A stretch of DNA of 42,499 nucleotides from Archaeoglobus sp. JdFR-37 (lineage in GTDB: Archaea > Halobacteriota > Archaeoglobi > Archaeoglobales > Archaeoglobaceae): NCBI GenBank assembly GCA_002010215.1, contig MTMY01000044.1, positions 1 to 42,499 on the forward strand. Reading direction: 5' to 3'. Positions within the stretch are counted from its first letter, which is position 1. Every line of letters starts with the position of its first letter. This document shows, in pieces, positions 8,468-18,294 of the stretch. Position numbers and translations under genes: made by a program. The notes under the pieces were generated by a model, which was not told the origin of the DNA, made no database searches, and saw only the letters and a program-made list of their open reading frames with translations.

Positions 8468-9180
8468 ACCCGATATTTCCTGTTTTATTATTTTTGTTAT
8501 CTTTTATTATTTTTTCATTCCTCTTTCTGGCCCATCTTATGAGAAAAGGGCTCCTCGTAAGTCTAAGACTAAGACTGGAGCTTCTGTCTGCAAGATCAAG
8601 ACTGGCTGCAAAGCTGTCTGATATCCTCAAACCAAAAAAGAAAGAAGTTTCCGTACTCAGAATAGCTCTTGAACTCGGAGTGTTTTTATTGCTGATCTAC
8701 GCTGCCCTCTCATACAAAGTCTTCTGGGTGGCTGTTGTATCCAACAGTATGTATCCAACCTTTGAAAGGGGAGATATGGTTCTCGTTCAGAGCTTGTTTG
8801 TTGATCCAAGCCCTGGCGACATCGTTATGTTCAACAGACCAGATTTGAATTACCCTGTCACCCACAGGGTTCTGAAAGTTAGTGATAGTAGAATTTATAC
8901 TGGTGGCGATGCATCCGGGCCAGACAGCTTTCCGATTTCAAGGAGAGATGTGATAGGTGAGGCAGTTTTAATCTTTGGGAAACCGGTAGTTCTCAAAGGA
9001 GTTGGGAAGTATTTCATACTTGAAGCGACAGAATTGAGGGATATTGGCCCCTTTGGACAGGAGTATCTCTTTTACAAGAGGCTTGTAGAAACATTCAGAC
9101 AGTATGCGATAGCCATTATAATCATCTCAATTTCACTCTACATCTATCTGGAAGTCAAGGGCAAAAAAGTTAGGATTTAG
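8464..9180 (+). CDS. Signal peptidase I (S26, Sec11/SipW type) with an N-terminal membrane extension
   Basis: VVSNSMYPTFERGD (catalytic Ser), GDIVMF, VTHRV (His), TGGD. Confidence 0.88.
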   Translation: MNPIFPVLLFLLSFIIFSFLFLAHLMRKGLLVSLRLRLELLSARSRLAAKLSDILKPKKKEVSVLRIALELGVFLLLIYAALSYKVFWVAVVSNSMYPTFERGDMVLVQSLFVDPSPGDIVMFNRPDLNYPVTHRVLKVSDSRIYTGGDASGPDSFPISRRDVIGEAVLIFGKPVVLKGVGKYFILEATELRDIGPFGQEYLFYKRLVETFRQYAIAIIIISISLYIYLEVKGKKVRI

Positions 9181-9931
9181 GGTTGTGGAAACATATAAAA
9201 TCCTTTAGTAAATCTCTCAGTTTCACAACATCTCCCACCACTATAACTGCTGGAGGCCTCACACCTTCCTGCTCTGCAATATCTGCAATCTCAGCAAGCC
9301 TTCCAATTACAACCTTCTGCCTCTCAGTCGTTCCGTCCTGAATTATGGCTACAGGCGTGTCAGGGTTTTTTCCGTATCTGATTAGCTTCTCGGTATTCTC
9401 CCGAAGCTTTGAGACGCCCATGAGAATGACAATTGTCGCATTAAGCTTCGCCAGGGCTTCCCAGTTAAGCCTTTCGTTTCCCTTCGCCTCCCTCCCAGTT
9501 ATTATCACAAAAGCTGGATCGCAGTTTCGATGAGTGACAGGAATTCCGGCATAAGCTGGAACGGCAATAGCAGATGTTATACCAGGAACCACTTCAAAGC
9601 GTATTCTGTGCTTCGCCAGATACTCTGCCTCCTCACCGCCTCTGCCGAAAACAAAGGGGTCGCCACCCTTTATCCTTACCACTGTCTTTCCTTTCTTTGC
9701 GTGCTCCACCAGCAGTCTGTTTATCTCATCCTGCCTTTTTTTATGCTGCCCTGCTCTCTTGCCAACATCTATTAGTTCAGCTTTTGTCCTCTTCAGCATT
9801 TCCTTCAAGCCATCTCCAATGAGCTCATCGTAGAGAATTACGTCAGCCTCTCTTATTGCCCTCTCTGCCTTTACGGTCAGAAGTTCTGGATCGCCGGGAC
9901 CAGCTCCCACGAGATAAACCTTACCTGACAC
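9170..9931 (-). CDS. cobA: Uroporphyrinogen-III C-methyltransferase
   Basis: VYLVGAGPGDPELLT, RIKGGDPFVFGRGGEE, VPGITSA. Confidence 0.95.
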   Translation of the reverse strand: MSGKVYLVGAGPGDPELLTVKAERAIREADVILYDELIGDGLKEMLKRTKAELIDVGKRAGQHKKRQDEINRLLVEHAKKGKTVVRIKGGDPFVFGRGGEEAEYLAKHRIRFEVVPGITSAIAVPAYAGIPVTHRNCDPAFVIITGREAKGNERLNWEALAKLNATIVILMGVSKLRENTEKLIRYGKNPDTPVAIIQDGTTERQKVVIGRLAEIADIAEQEGVRPPAVIVVGDVVKLRDLLKDFICFHNPKS

Positions 9932-9941
9932 GGCACCACCC

Positions 9942-10838
9942 TTAATCCTTAAATCCTTGAGTCATAACTTTGAGCCTCTCAACAATTCCCGATATCACAT
10001 CATCCTGTTCATCTATACTAAACCTCTCCTCCACCCTCACAGCTATGGCCCCGTCGACGCTGAGTATCTCGCAGAAGGCCTCTATCTTATCGTTGGCAGA
10101 CCTTGCATAAACTCCAGCAGGAACAGCACAGCCTATGCCCAGCTCCCTGATAATCTTTCTCTCAACACTCGCCTCAATCCACGTTTTCTGGTGGTTCATG
10201 AAGCTGACAAGCTCCTCTTCTCCTTCCCTAGTGGCAACAGCAATTATCCCTTGGTTGGCTGATGGGATGAATTCTTCAGGAGGCAATGCAACATAATTTA
10301 CCTCTCTATCAATCCCCAGCCTGATCAACCCAGCCTCAGCTAGAAGAATCGCATCGTAGAGTCCCTCATTCAGCTTCCTTAGTCTCGTATCTACATTTCC
10401 TCTCAGGTTCTCTATGATGAAGTCTCTTCTGTGCCGAATAAGCTGGGCCCTCCTTCTAAGGCTCGAGGTGCCGATTTTCGCTCCAAGCCCCATCTCATCA
10501 GGCCCTCTCCCATCAGCAGTTATGAAGGCATCACAGGGGCTTTCTCTCTCCAGAACCGCTGCTACTACAGTTCCTTCTAACCTCTGGCTGGGGACATCCT
10601 TCAGGCTGTGGACTGCTATGTCAATCTCCCTTCTTGCAAGAGCCTCATCAATAGCCCTCACAAAAGCTCCAATTCCCTTGAACTCATGTAAAGGGCAATC
10701 TTTCATTATGTCTCCCGATGTCTTGATTATCTTCAGCTCCACCTCATAACCCTCTTTCCTAAGCTTATCCACCACTTTCTGTGTCTGAGCCAGAGCGAGC
10801 TTGCTTCCTCTGCTTCCCACTACAACCCTTTCAGGCAT
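9942..10838 (-). CDS. hemC: Porphobilinogen deaminase
   Basis: [36 protein letters not shown]; start moved to ATG 10838 (MPERVVV). Confidence 0.95.
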   Translation of the reverse strand: MPERVVVGSRGSKLALAQTQKVVDKLRKEGYEVELKIIKTSGDIMKDCPLHEFKGIGAFVRAIDEALARREIDIAVHSLKDVPSQRLEGTVVAAVLERESPCDAFITADGRGPDEMGLGAKIGTSSLRRRAQLIRHRRDFIIENLRGNVDTRLRKLNEGLYDAILLAEAGLIRLGIDREVNYVALPPEEFIPSANQGIIAVATREGEEELVSFMNHQKTWIEASVERKIIRELGIGCAVPAGVYARSANDKIEAFCEILSVDGAIAVRVEERFSIDEQDDVISGIVERLKVMTQGFKD

Positions 10839-12112
10839 TCTCCAACCGCCTCTATGGTCTTTTCTGCATCCTCTTGAGTATGGGCTGTGCTCACGAAACA
10901 CGTCTCATACTGAGAGGGTGGGAAGAACACACCTCTTTCTAGGAGCTTCCAGAAGAGCTTTATGAAGGCATCCTTATCAAGCTTCAGAGCTTCGCTGTAG
11001 TTTGAAGGCTTATCACCCAGATACAGACAGAACATTGAGGCAATCCACTCGACGTCAGCCTTAATATTGGAATCTGCTATCTGATCAGCCAAACCCCTGC
11101 CTATCGCTTCAGTTAAGCTGGCGAGAGCAGGATAAACGTTATTCTCCTTTAGGAATTTGACGGTAGCATAACCCGCTGACAGACTCAAAGGATTGCCGCT
11201 GAATGTTCCCGCATGATAAACACTACCGGCTGGAGCCAGATTCTCCATTATCTCCCTCTTCCCGCCAACGATGCCTATTGGTAATCCGCCTCCAGCAATT
11301 TTTCCAAGGGTTGTAAGGTCTGCTTCAACACCGTAATACTCTTGGGCTCCGCCCAGCGAAAGCCTGAAACCGGTTATGACCTCGTCGAATATTAGAACCA
11401 CATCGTTTTCCTCTGTTATCTTTCTGACCTCTTTAAGGTAGCCCTCCTCTGGCAGTATCAGGCTGGAATTACCCATCACTGGTTCGAGGATTAGAGTCGC
11501 AACCTCCTCCCGATTCTTTTCTAAGACCTCTGAAAGAGCTTCAATATCGTTATATGGAACCTGAAGGGTGTTCTTTACGAAGTCTGCAGGGATGCCGGCA
11601 GAGTTGGGAATCCCATGGGTCGTAGCACCACTCCCTGCCTTAACCAGCACTGCATCATGGGCTCCATGGAAGCTGCCCTCAACCTTCACAATTTTGTCCC
11701 TACCGGTAAATCCTCTAGCGAGTCTAAGGGCCGTCATTGTTGCCTCGCTACCAGTATTGGCGAACCTGACCATGTTTATGCTGCTGAAGATGGATGTTAT
11801 GAGCCTCGCAAACTCAATTTCTAGTTCAATAGGCGTGCCGTAAATCCAGCCCTTTTCGATGGACCCCTCTATTGCTTTTTTCACAGCATCGTTACCATGT
11901 CCCAGAATAAGGGGACCATAGGCCATGCAGTAATCTATATACTCATTTCCGTCCACATCAACAATTTTCGAGCCTCTTGCATGGGATGTGTAGAAGGGAA
12001 AGGGTTTTATTGCCCTTACAGGACTGCTCACACCTCCCGGCATTAGACTAACAGCCTCTTCATAAAGCCTTCTTGAGTTATTCCACCTTGATTGATTCAA
12101 TTCTTCCTGCAT
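10820..12112 (-). CDS. hemL: Glutamate-1-semialdehyde 2,1-aminomutase
   Basis: [37 protein letters not shown]. Confidence 0.95.
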   Translation of the reverse strand: MQEELNQSRWNNSRRLYEEAVSLMPGGVSSPVRAIKPFPFYTSHARGSKIVDVDGNEYIDYCMAYGPLILGHGNDAVKKAIEGSIEKGWIYGTPIELEIEFARLITSIFSSINMVRFANTGSEATMTALRLARGFTGRDKIVKVEGSFHGAHDAVLVKAGSGATTHGIPNSAGIPADFVKNTLQVPYNDIEALSEVLEKNREEVATLILEPVMGNSSLILPEEGYLKEVRKITEENDVVLIFDEVITGFRLSLGGAQEYYGVEADLTTLGKIAGGGLPIGIVGGKREIMENLAPAGSVYHAGTFSGNPLSLSAGYATVKFLKENNVYPALASLTEAIGRGLADQIADSNIKADVEWIASMFCLYLGDKPSNYSEALKLDKDAFIKLFWKLLERGVFFPPSQYETCFVSTAHTQEDAEKTIEAVGECLKGL

Positions 12113-13104
12113 CAAATTCCCCCCGCTTCACCCGTTTCACTCAGCATTTCGGCAATCTCCTTTGCATGGTAGGTGAGGATTAAGTCTGCTCCTGCCCTTT
12201 TAATTGCAACAAGTATTTCGTAGGCTATCTGCTTTCCATCCAGCCACCCCATCTTTTCCGCAGCTTTGACCATGCTATATTCCCCGCTGACGTTATAGGC
12301 TGCTGTAGGCATCCTGAATTTCTCCTTTACCCTCCAAATAATGTCAAGATATGCAAGGGCAGGCTTGACCATAATTATGTCTGCTCCCTCCCGAATGTCT
12401 AACTCAACTTCTCTAAGCGCTTCGCTGCCGTTATGTATGTCCATCTGATAACTCCTCCTATCTCCAAAGGAATAACCGCTCTCTGCAGCCTCTCTGAAGG
12501 GTGAGTAAAAAGAAGAGGCGTATTTTGCTGCATAGCTCATGATTGCTATGTCTGTAAACCCTTCAGCGTCCAGAGCACTTCGTATAGCCTGAACCATCCC
12601 ATCCATCATGCCTGAAGGGGCAACTATGTCTGCACCAGCCTCCGCATGACTTACAGCGATTTTGCCCAGAACTGGCAGGGTTTCATCGTTCAGAATCTGC
12701 TGATCCTTCACTATCCCGCAGTGGCCGTGGGTGGTGTATTCGCACATGCACACATCTGTAATTACAACAGCATCGCTGTGCTGCTTCTTTATCTCTCTCA
12801 CAGCCCTCTGAACAACTCCATCCTTATCGTAAGCTGATGAGGCAACTTCATCTTTATGGGAAGGTATGCCGAAGAGGATGAAGGCTTTCAGGCCAAGTTC
12901 CATGGCCTTCCCCACCTCATTGGCAACAGCAGCAATGGGGAGTCTGGAATAGCCGGGCATTGAAGCAATTTCCATTGGCTTCGAAATGTTTTCATCCACA
13001 AAAATTGGCATTATCAGATCTTCAACCTCAAGTTTTGCTTCTCTGAACAGGGGCCTTAAGCTGTCTTTCCGCAGCCTCCTCATTCTCAAAATCGGAAATT
13101 TCAA
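12112..13104 (-). CDS. hemB: Porphobilinogen synthase (Zn-type)
   Basis: [34 protein letters not shown]; probable TTG start at 13104 after GGAGGTG. Confidence 0.95.
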   Translation of the reverse strand: MKFPILRMRRLRKDSLRPLFREAKLEVEDLIMPIFVDENISKPMEIASMPGYSRLPIAAVANEVGKAMELGLKAFILFGIPSHKDEVASSAYDKDGVVQRAVREIKKQHSDAVVITDVCMCEYTTHGHCGIVKDQQILNDETLPVLGKIAVSHAEAGADIVAPSGMMDGMVQAIRSALDAEGFTDIAIMSYAAKYASSFYSPFREAAESGYSFGDRRSYQMDIHNGSEALREVELDIREGADIIMVKPALAYLDIIWRVKEKFRMPTAAYNVSGEYSMVKAAEKMGWLDGKQIAYEILVAIKRAGADLILTYHAKEIAEMLSETGEAGGI

Positions 13105-14341
13105 AATCTTCACCTCCAAAAAGGTAATGAACTGCTTCGATAACCTCTGACCTGCCGTTTCTTGCAGCGTCTCTCAGCCTCACGGTTGGGGACCTGAGAA
13201 ACTTCTTGATGAGGGAGTTGGCAAAGCTCTCAAGCAGTGGTAGTGATGATTCGTCCACGTCATATTTCGCTTTTAATTTGTTGTAAAGTTCAATTACCTC
13301 CTCTTTCTTCACAACTTCAGCCCGGGCATAGAGAAGATGAATTGCTGAATCAGCCTTAATATCCTTTAATTTCATTTTGAGGTGTTCCAACTCCTCGGCA
13401 ATTATCTTTTCAGCCTTTTTCGCCTCTTTCAACCTTTTTCTCAGGTTTTCCTGACTTATGGCCCTGAGATCATCAATGGTGTATAGCGTAACTCCTTCAA
13501 CTTGGGCGACACTCTCCTCAACATCTCTGGGTAGAGCTATGTCGATTATGAGGAGAGGCCCGTTCTTCACTTTCATAACCCTCTCAACAACATCTCTGGT
13601 GATTATATAGTGGGGAGCAGAGGTGGCGGATATGACCACATCGCATGAGACCATGTAGCGTTCTAAGTTGTCGTATCTAACGGCTCTCCCTCCAACCTCT
13701 TCAGCCAGTTTGACGGCTCTGTGGAAGGTTCTATTTGCTACAAAGACTGCTTTCGTCTCTTTGTGAGCTATAGCCCTGGCAACCAGACTTCCCATCTCTC
13801 CAGCTCCGATGATGAGGACCTCTTTTTCGTGAAGAGAGCCAAGAGTTTTCTCTGCCAGCTCCACCGCAGCAGAACCTATGGACACCGACCCCTTATTGAT
13901 TTTTGTCTGATTTCTTACCTTCTTACCCACCTGTATTGCTTTCACAAAAACAACGTCAAGAATTTCCCCGATACCACCATACTCCTTGCTCAGATTGTAG
14001 AAGTACTTTACCTGCCCGAGGATCTGGTCTTCTCCAACCATCATGGATTCAAGGCCAGATGCAACCCTCAAAATGTGCTCTAGGCACTTTTCATCCTTAT
14101 GTATTTCAATGATCCTCTCAGATACCCCCATACGCATGGCAAAATTACGCAGGGTTTTTTCAGTCTCCGTCCCCACTACATAAACCTCAACCCGATTGCA
14201 TGTCATGAGGACGGCGCATTCCTTTATGTTAGGTATTGAAAGAATTCTCTCGATCAGACTCCTGTAATCTCCATGCCATGCTCTCTGGATCTCGTTTATG
14301 GAAGCTTTTTTGTGAGAAATGACTAGGTTAGCAATCTCCAT
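13028..14341 (-). CDS. hemA: Glutamyl-tRNA reductase
   Basis: [36 protein letters not shown]. Confidence 0.95.
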   Translation of the reverse strand: MEIANLVISHKKASINEIQRAWHGDYRSLIERILSIPNIKECAVLMTCNRVEVYVVGTETEKTLRNFAMRMGVSERIIEIHKDEKCLEHILRVASGLESMMVGEDQILGQVKYFYNLSKEYGGIGEILDVVFVKAIQVGKKVRNQTKINKGSVSIGSAAVELAEKTLGSLHEKEVLIIGAGEMGSLVARAIAHKETKAVFVANRTFHRAVKLAEEVGGRAVRYDNLERYMVSCDVVISATSAPHYIITRDVVERVMKVKNGPLLIIDIALPRDVEESVAQVEGVTLYTIDDLRAISQENLRKRLKEAKKAEKIIAEELEHLKMKLKDIKADSAIHLLYARAEVVKKEEVIELYNKLKAKYDVDESSLPLLESFANSLIKKFLRSPTVRLRDAARNGRSEVIEAVHYLFGGEDFEISDFENEEAAERQLKAPVQRSKT

Positions 14342-14353
14342 TTTTCCACCTTT

Positions 14354-15160
14354 TCAGCGTGAATTTCTTTTCATCAATCTGAATACTCCTGTTTTTATCT
14401 TTTGCCCCTTCCTTCTCCTTATTATGACATTTGGATTTCCGAAAATGTCGTCTATTTTCCACTCCACAACGTCCTCATGCCTTGAAAGCTCTTTAACACC
14501 TTCAAATGGGTTGAGAAAGTCGAAATACTCATAATCGTCCTCTTCCCGTGTTCTTCTGATAACTAATGCTCCAAGGTCAAGGATGACTGCCAAAAGGGAT
14601 ACGACAAATATGGCATCAAGGACTCCGCCACCACCCATTGTAAAGCGGAGGGATGAAGAAAAATCCATAAATGCTGGTAGATTTGCAATATCCGCTCCTA
14701 TTATGACACCCATGCTCCCTGTAGAATAGGCTATTGGCCCCATTTCCTTACTACTTTGTGAAACGTAAAGAGAATACAGAGATGTTACAATGACAATAAC
14801 TAAGACATTGTTAACAAGGACACCGAAGTGGCTTGGAGAGGAGCTGGAATAGACTACGAATGATACAATGAAAATCCCCACCAATGTCTTTGTTATAGGT
14901 GCCCGCCTCGAAGAAAGAAATCGAATCGTGAGGGAAAGCGGGATAAGGAACCCGGCAACATCAATGTAGACATCGAGATTGTATATTTCACCGATGTGGA
15001 GCGGCTTAAGAAAGTAATCTACTAGAAACGGTAGGATAAGGATCGAAAAGGTTTCTGCTGGTGTAAAACCAATTTCTTGGAAGAGGCGGAAAAAGTAAGG
15101 AAACAGCAAAGCTATGACTAAAGTAAGGAGGGAAACCAAGAATAAAAACCCGTGTTCCAT
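14354..15160 (-). CDS. DUF1614-like multi-pass membrane protein with a charged C-terminal extension
   Basis: IDVAGFLIP, IAYSTGSMGVIIGADIANL, MGGGGVLDAIF. Confidence 0.7.
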   Translation of the reverse strand: MEHGFLFLVSLLTLVIALLFPYFFRLFQEIGFTPAETFSILILPFLVDYFLKPLHIGEIYNLDVYIDVAGFLIPLSLTIRFLSSRRAPITKTLVGIFIVSFVVYSSSSPSHFGVLVNNVLVIVIVTSLYSLYVSQSSKEMGPIAYSTGSMGVIIGADIANLPAFMDFSSSLRFTMGGGGVLDAIFVVSLLAVILDLGALVIRRTREEDDYEYFDFLNPFEGVKELSRHEDVVEWKIDDIFGNPNVIIRRRKGQKIKTGVFRLMKRNSR

Positions 15161-15219
15161 AAATGCATGAGATAGAAATTGTTTTTTAAATTTTGGAAGA
15201 AAAAGTTGGTATTCTAATT

Positions 15220-15402
15220 TTAGCTCTTAACTCCAACTATGCTCTTAGGCGACCTTGCAATTCTTCTCCTTTTCTTACCATCGGACGTATATTTCTGATT
15301 TGGCCCGGGCTTCTTATAATTCTGATACTTTGGAGGTACAAGCCTGGTCTGACCCTTTCTTCCCTTTATCTTAACCCACTGGGTTGTCCCTGTCTTACCC
15401 AT
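15220..15402 (-). CDS. Small basic protein (DUF5350-like)
   Basis: 60 aa, K/R-rich, MGKTG..W..KGRKGQ.RLVP..KKPGPNQ; SD-like GGGGG upstream. Confidence 0.7.
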   Translation of the reverse strand: MGKTGTTQWVKIKGRKGQTRLVPPKYQNYKKPGPNQKYTSDGKKRRRIARSPKSIVGVKS

Positions 15403-15441
15403 GTTATTCCCCCAATGTTGAAGAATTTAAAAATATTTTCC

Positions 15442-16335
15442 TCAGCTCACCTGATCAGGGGCAAGCTTCTTTAGGATTTTCTGATCAGTTATAACTCCTA
15501 CAGGTTTCCCTCTGTCTGCCACAACCAGCAATCTGACGTCCTCATCTTTCATAAGCCGAAGAGCTTCTCTCAGCGTTGTATCCTTGTCAACAATAACTAT
15601 CTTAGGCCTCATGACTTCCCTTACACTCGCATCCAGCTTACCCTCTGCCAGAGCCTTTGCAACGTGATCGAGGGTAAAGATTCCAACAAGCTTCCCATTC
15701 TCCTTGACAGGCATGCAGTAGATTCCTCGCTCAGCTAGCTTCTTTGCAGCTTCCTTCACCTTCTCTTCAGCCTCAACGGATATCACAGGAGAGGACATGT
15801 GCTCTCCTACCCTGTCCTTTGGCAACGCTACAATCTTGTCAATCTCCAGAACTATTGAGTTCTCTGTGTCATCCCTACCAACGACTCTCCCATAAACCAT
15901 CAGCTCATTGACGGGGGTTGGGCCCACAATGACCTTATCCCCAGGATTGATGCGCTTGATGTCGCCAACGATTCTAACCCTTGCCTGACACACCTCAGGA
16001 TGGCTGAGAGATGGCATGTCAATTTCTTCTGCAGAGAGATCTTCCACAGGCTCGTCATTGATCATAATGGGTACTCTCACAGCCTCTTCGGGTTTTGTTA
16101 TTGAGAGTAATTCGTAGGCTTTGGATGTTGGTCTATATCCACCCTTTGGCCCTGGAACACCTTCAACTAACCCCAAAGCTCGTAGTGCCTGCATTTGATT
16201 TCTTACCGTACCCGGGTTTCTGTTTATCAGCTCTGCAATCTCTTCACCTTTAATAGATGATCCTCCCTTTTTCTTGTATAGAGTAATCAGCGCGTAGAGT
16301 ATATCCTTCTGAATTTGAGTCAAGTCTAGCTCCAT
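15442..16335 (-). CDS. HrcA-like HTH transcriptional regulator with a CBS pair (COG2524-like)
   Basis: KGEEIAELINRNPGTVRNQMQAL, GPKGGY, two CBS domains; start moved to ATG 16335. Confidence 0.85.
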   Translation of the reverse strand: MELDLTQIQKDILYALITLYKKKGGSSIKGEEIAELINRNPGTVRNQMQALRALGLVEGVPGPKGGYRPTSKAYELLSITKPEEAVRVPIMINDEPVEDLSAEEIDMPSLSHPEVCQARVRIVGDIKRINPGDKVIVGPTPVNELMVYGRVVGRDDTENSIVLEIDKIVALPKDRVGEHMSSPVISVEAEEKVKEAAKKLAERGIYCMPVKENGKLVGIFTLDHVAKALAEGKLDASVREVMRPKIVIVDKDTTLREALRLMKDEDVRLLVVADRGKPVGVITDQKILKKLAPDQVS

Positions 16336-16551
16336 ATTCCTTCCCTCCAACAATTTAGTAAGGATTAAAGATATGAGTATAAATAATTTTCCTCCTTCAA
16401 CTTCCTTCTTTTTTCCAGAGCTTGTGTTTGCCAAGCTGACGCAGCGATCAAGAGAACGAATGAATTTAATGAAAAATCTTATAAATTTAATGATGTTTTA
16501 AAATAATTAATTGTTATGGATTAAGCTTTTAACCCTGCTGGACTCTTTCCC

Positions 16552-17538
16552 TTGATGGAATTCAATCCCAGAAAGCTGCCCACCGTGCTGTACGCAGATG
16601 AACTTATTGACAAAGCTTTCAGAAGAGCATCAAAGGTATCAGGCAGAAATCAGAAAGAGAAGGCAATAAACAAGCTATCAACCATAAGCAATGTCCTGTC
16701 TAACTATTTCCAAAGAATAATCTCATCTCATCCCTCCTACGATAACCTCCCGGACTTCTACAGAGAGATGGTGGATGTGGTTGTGGGCATTAGAAGGCTC
16801 AAGAAGTCTCTTGCAGCATTAAAATGGGCAGATGAGATGACTCAGAAGCTGATAAGCAGATACATGAGAAAACTGAAGGGGACAAGAAATCCAGATCAGG
16901 TTCTGAAGGAAGCTTACGGCAGGATTGCTTCAGTTATTGAGCAAATTGACGATGAGCTGAGATTTCTCAACAAAGCAAAGCAGAAGATGAGGGAGATACC
17001 AACCCTCAGAGATATGCCCACAGTTGTTGTTGCCGGCTACCCCAACGTTGGAAAATCCAGCTTTGTGGCTACTGTCAGCAGCGTCAAGCCGGAGGTGGCA
17101 AGTTACCCTTTCACAACCAAGGCGATATATGTGGGCTACGCTGAAATGGGAGGGAGAAAAGTTCAGTTCATAGATACGCCCGGACTTCTGGACAGGCCAC
17201 TATCAAAGAGAAATGCCATAGAAAGGCGGGCAATCCTCTGCCTGAGATACGCCGCCAACTGCATACTTTTCATAGCCGATCCAACTGAAACGTGCGGTTA
17301 TCCTTTCAAAAAACAGAAGAGACTGCTGGGCGAGATAAAGAGAACCTTCGACATTCCGGTTATCGTTGCCTACAGCAAGGCTGACCTACACAACCTGAGA
17401 GATAATCCGGCCTTCTCTGCTGTCACGGGTGAGGGGATAGATGAAGTTTTATCGTTAATAGAGAAAGTTTTAGAAGATGTTCTGGATAAGGAGGCCCAAG
17501 AAGTAGCCAATGACAGCACCGCCGTTCAGGAAGGGTAA
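16552..17538 (+). CDS. NOG1-family GTP-binding protein
   Basis: GYPNVGKSS, YPFTTK, DTPGLLDRP, SKAD. Confidence 0.92.
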   Translation: MMEFNPRKLPTVLYADELIDKAFRRASKVSGRNQKEKAINKLSTISNVLSNYFQRIISSHPSYDNLPDFYREMVDVVVGIRRLKKSLAALKWADEMTQKLISRYMRKLKGTRNPDQVLKEAYGRIASVIEQIDDELRFLNKAKQKMREIPTLRDMPTVVVAGYPNVGKSSFVATVSSVKPEVASYPFTTKAIYVGYAEMGGRKVQFIDTPGLLDRPLSKRNAIERRAILCLRYAANCILFIADPTETCGYPFKKQKRLLGEIKRTFDIPVIVAYSKADLHNLRDNPAFSAVTGEGIDEVLSLIEKVLEDVLDKEAQEVANDSTAVQEG

Positions 17539-18285
17539 ACCCGGATGAGCCCCTTCTCTCTTCTCCATATATTTCATCAGGACGTAAAGCCCTGCAAGTG
17601 CTCCAGCCAGTGCGGTGATGGATGGGATGCTGAGCAGAAACACTTTTTCACCGAAGGCAGTTGCTGAAACAACCAGTATGTTTGGCATTACCACATCGCC
17701 AACCCCCATGAAGGTTGCTTTCCCCTTTTCCAGCTTATCAAGCTCCAGACCCTTCAACCTTTTCTCCTTCGGAATTATGAAAAGCATTGGGAGCTTCAGC
17801 TTCACAACGCTGTCTGCCAGATCCACCATGTGGCCCGTTTTGTAGACTGCTATGAAGTCGTAAGCAGCCAGCATCAGGAGCAATACGATGACTGGAAGGG
17901 GCTGGAGGCTTATTCCGAATATTGCGGTTACACCTGCTGCCAGAATCATGGCAGAGATATCTATTGTAATCCAGCTGGGTTTGTGGACAAGCAGCAGTAC
18001 CATTAGGATTGAGATTGGTAGGGAGAGAAGCCCTATGAAGGGGGAAAGTATGTAGTATCCTGACACAACCACCAAGAGAAGTATGATTGCATGGATAATC
18101 TTCTCCCAGACTCTTGAAAGGACGAGCATAACAGCTGTGAAGGCCAGTATGACTCCAAAATAAAGGAGAGAGTTTCCTACGCTTGAAGGATCTTCAAATG
18201 CCCTCATCCCTGCCATTTCGTATTCAGGAACTGCCAGAGTGGCGAGTATAGCATTTATAATGAATAAGGCAAAGATTGCCAGCAT
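17470..18285 (-). CDS. Presenilin-family intramembrane aspartyl protease (PSH)
   Basis: YD, MGVGD (GxGD), PGLPFL; multiple TM helices. Confidence 0.9.
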   Translation of the reverse strand: MLAIFALFIINAILATLAVPEYEMAGMRAFEDPSSVGNSLLYFGVILAFTAVMLVLSRVWEKIIHAIILLLVVVSGYYILSPFIGLLSLPISILMVLLLVHKPSWITIDISAMILAAGVTAIFGISLQPLPVIVLLLMLAAYDFIAVYKTGHMVDLADSVVKLKLPMLFIIPKEKRLKGLELDKLEKGKATFMGVGDVVMPNILVVSATAFGEKVFLLSIPSITALAGALAGLYVLMKYMEKREGAHPGLPFLNGGAVIGYFLGLLIQNIF

Positions 18286-18294
18286 GCTGACACC

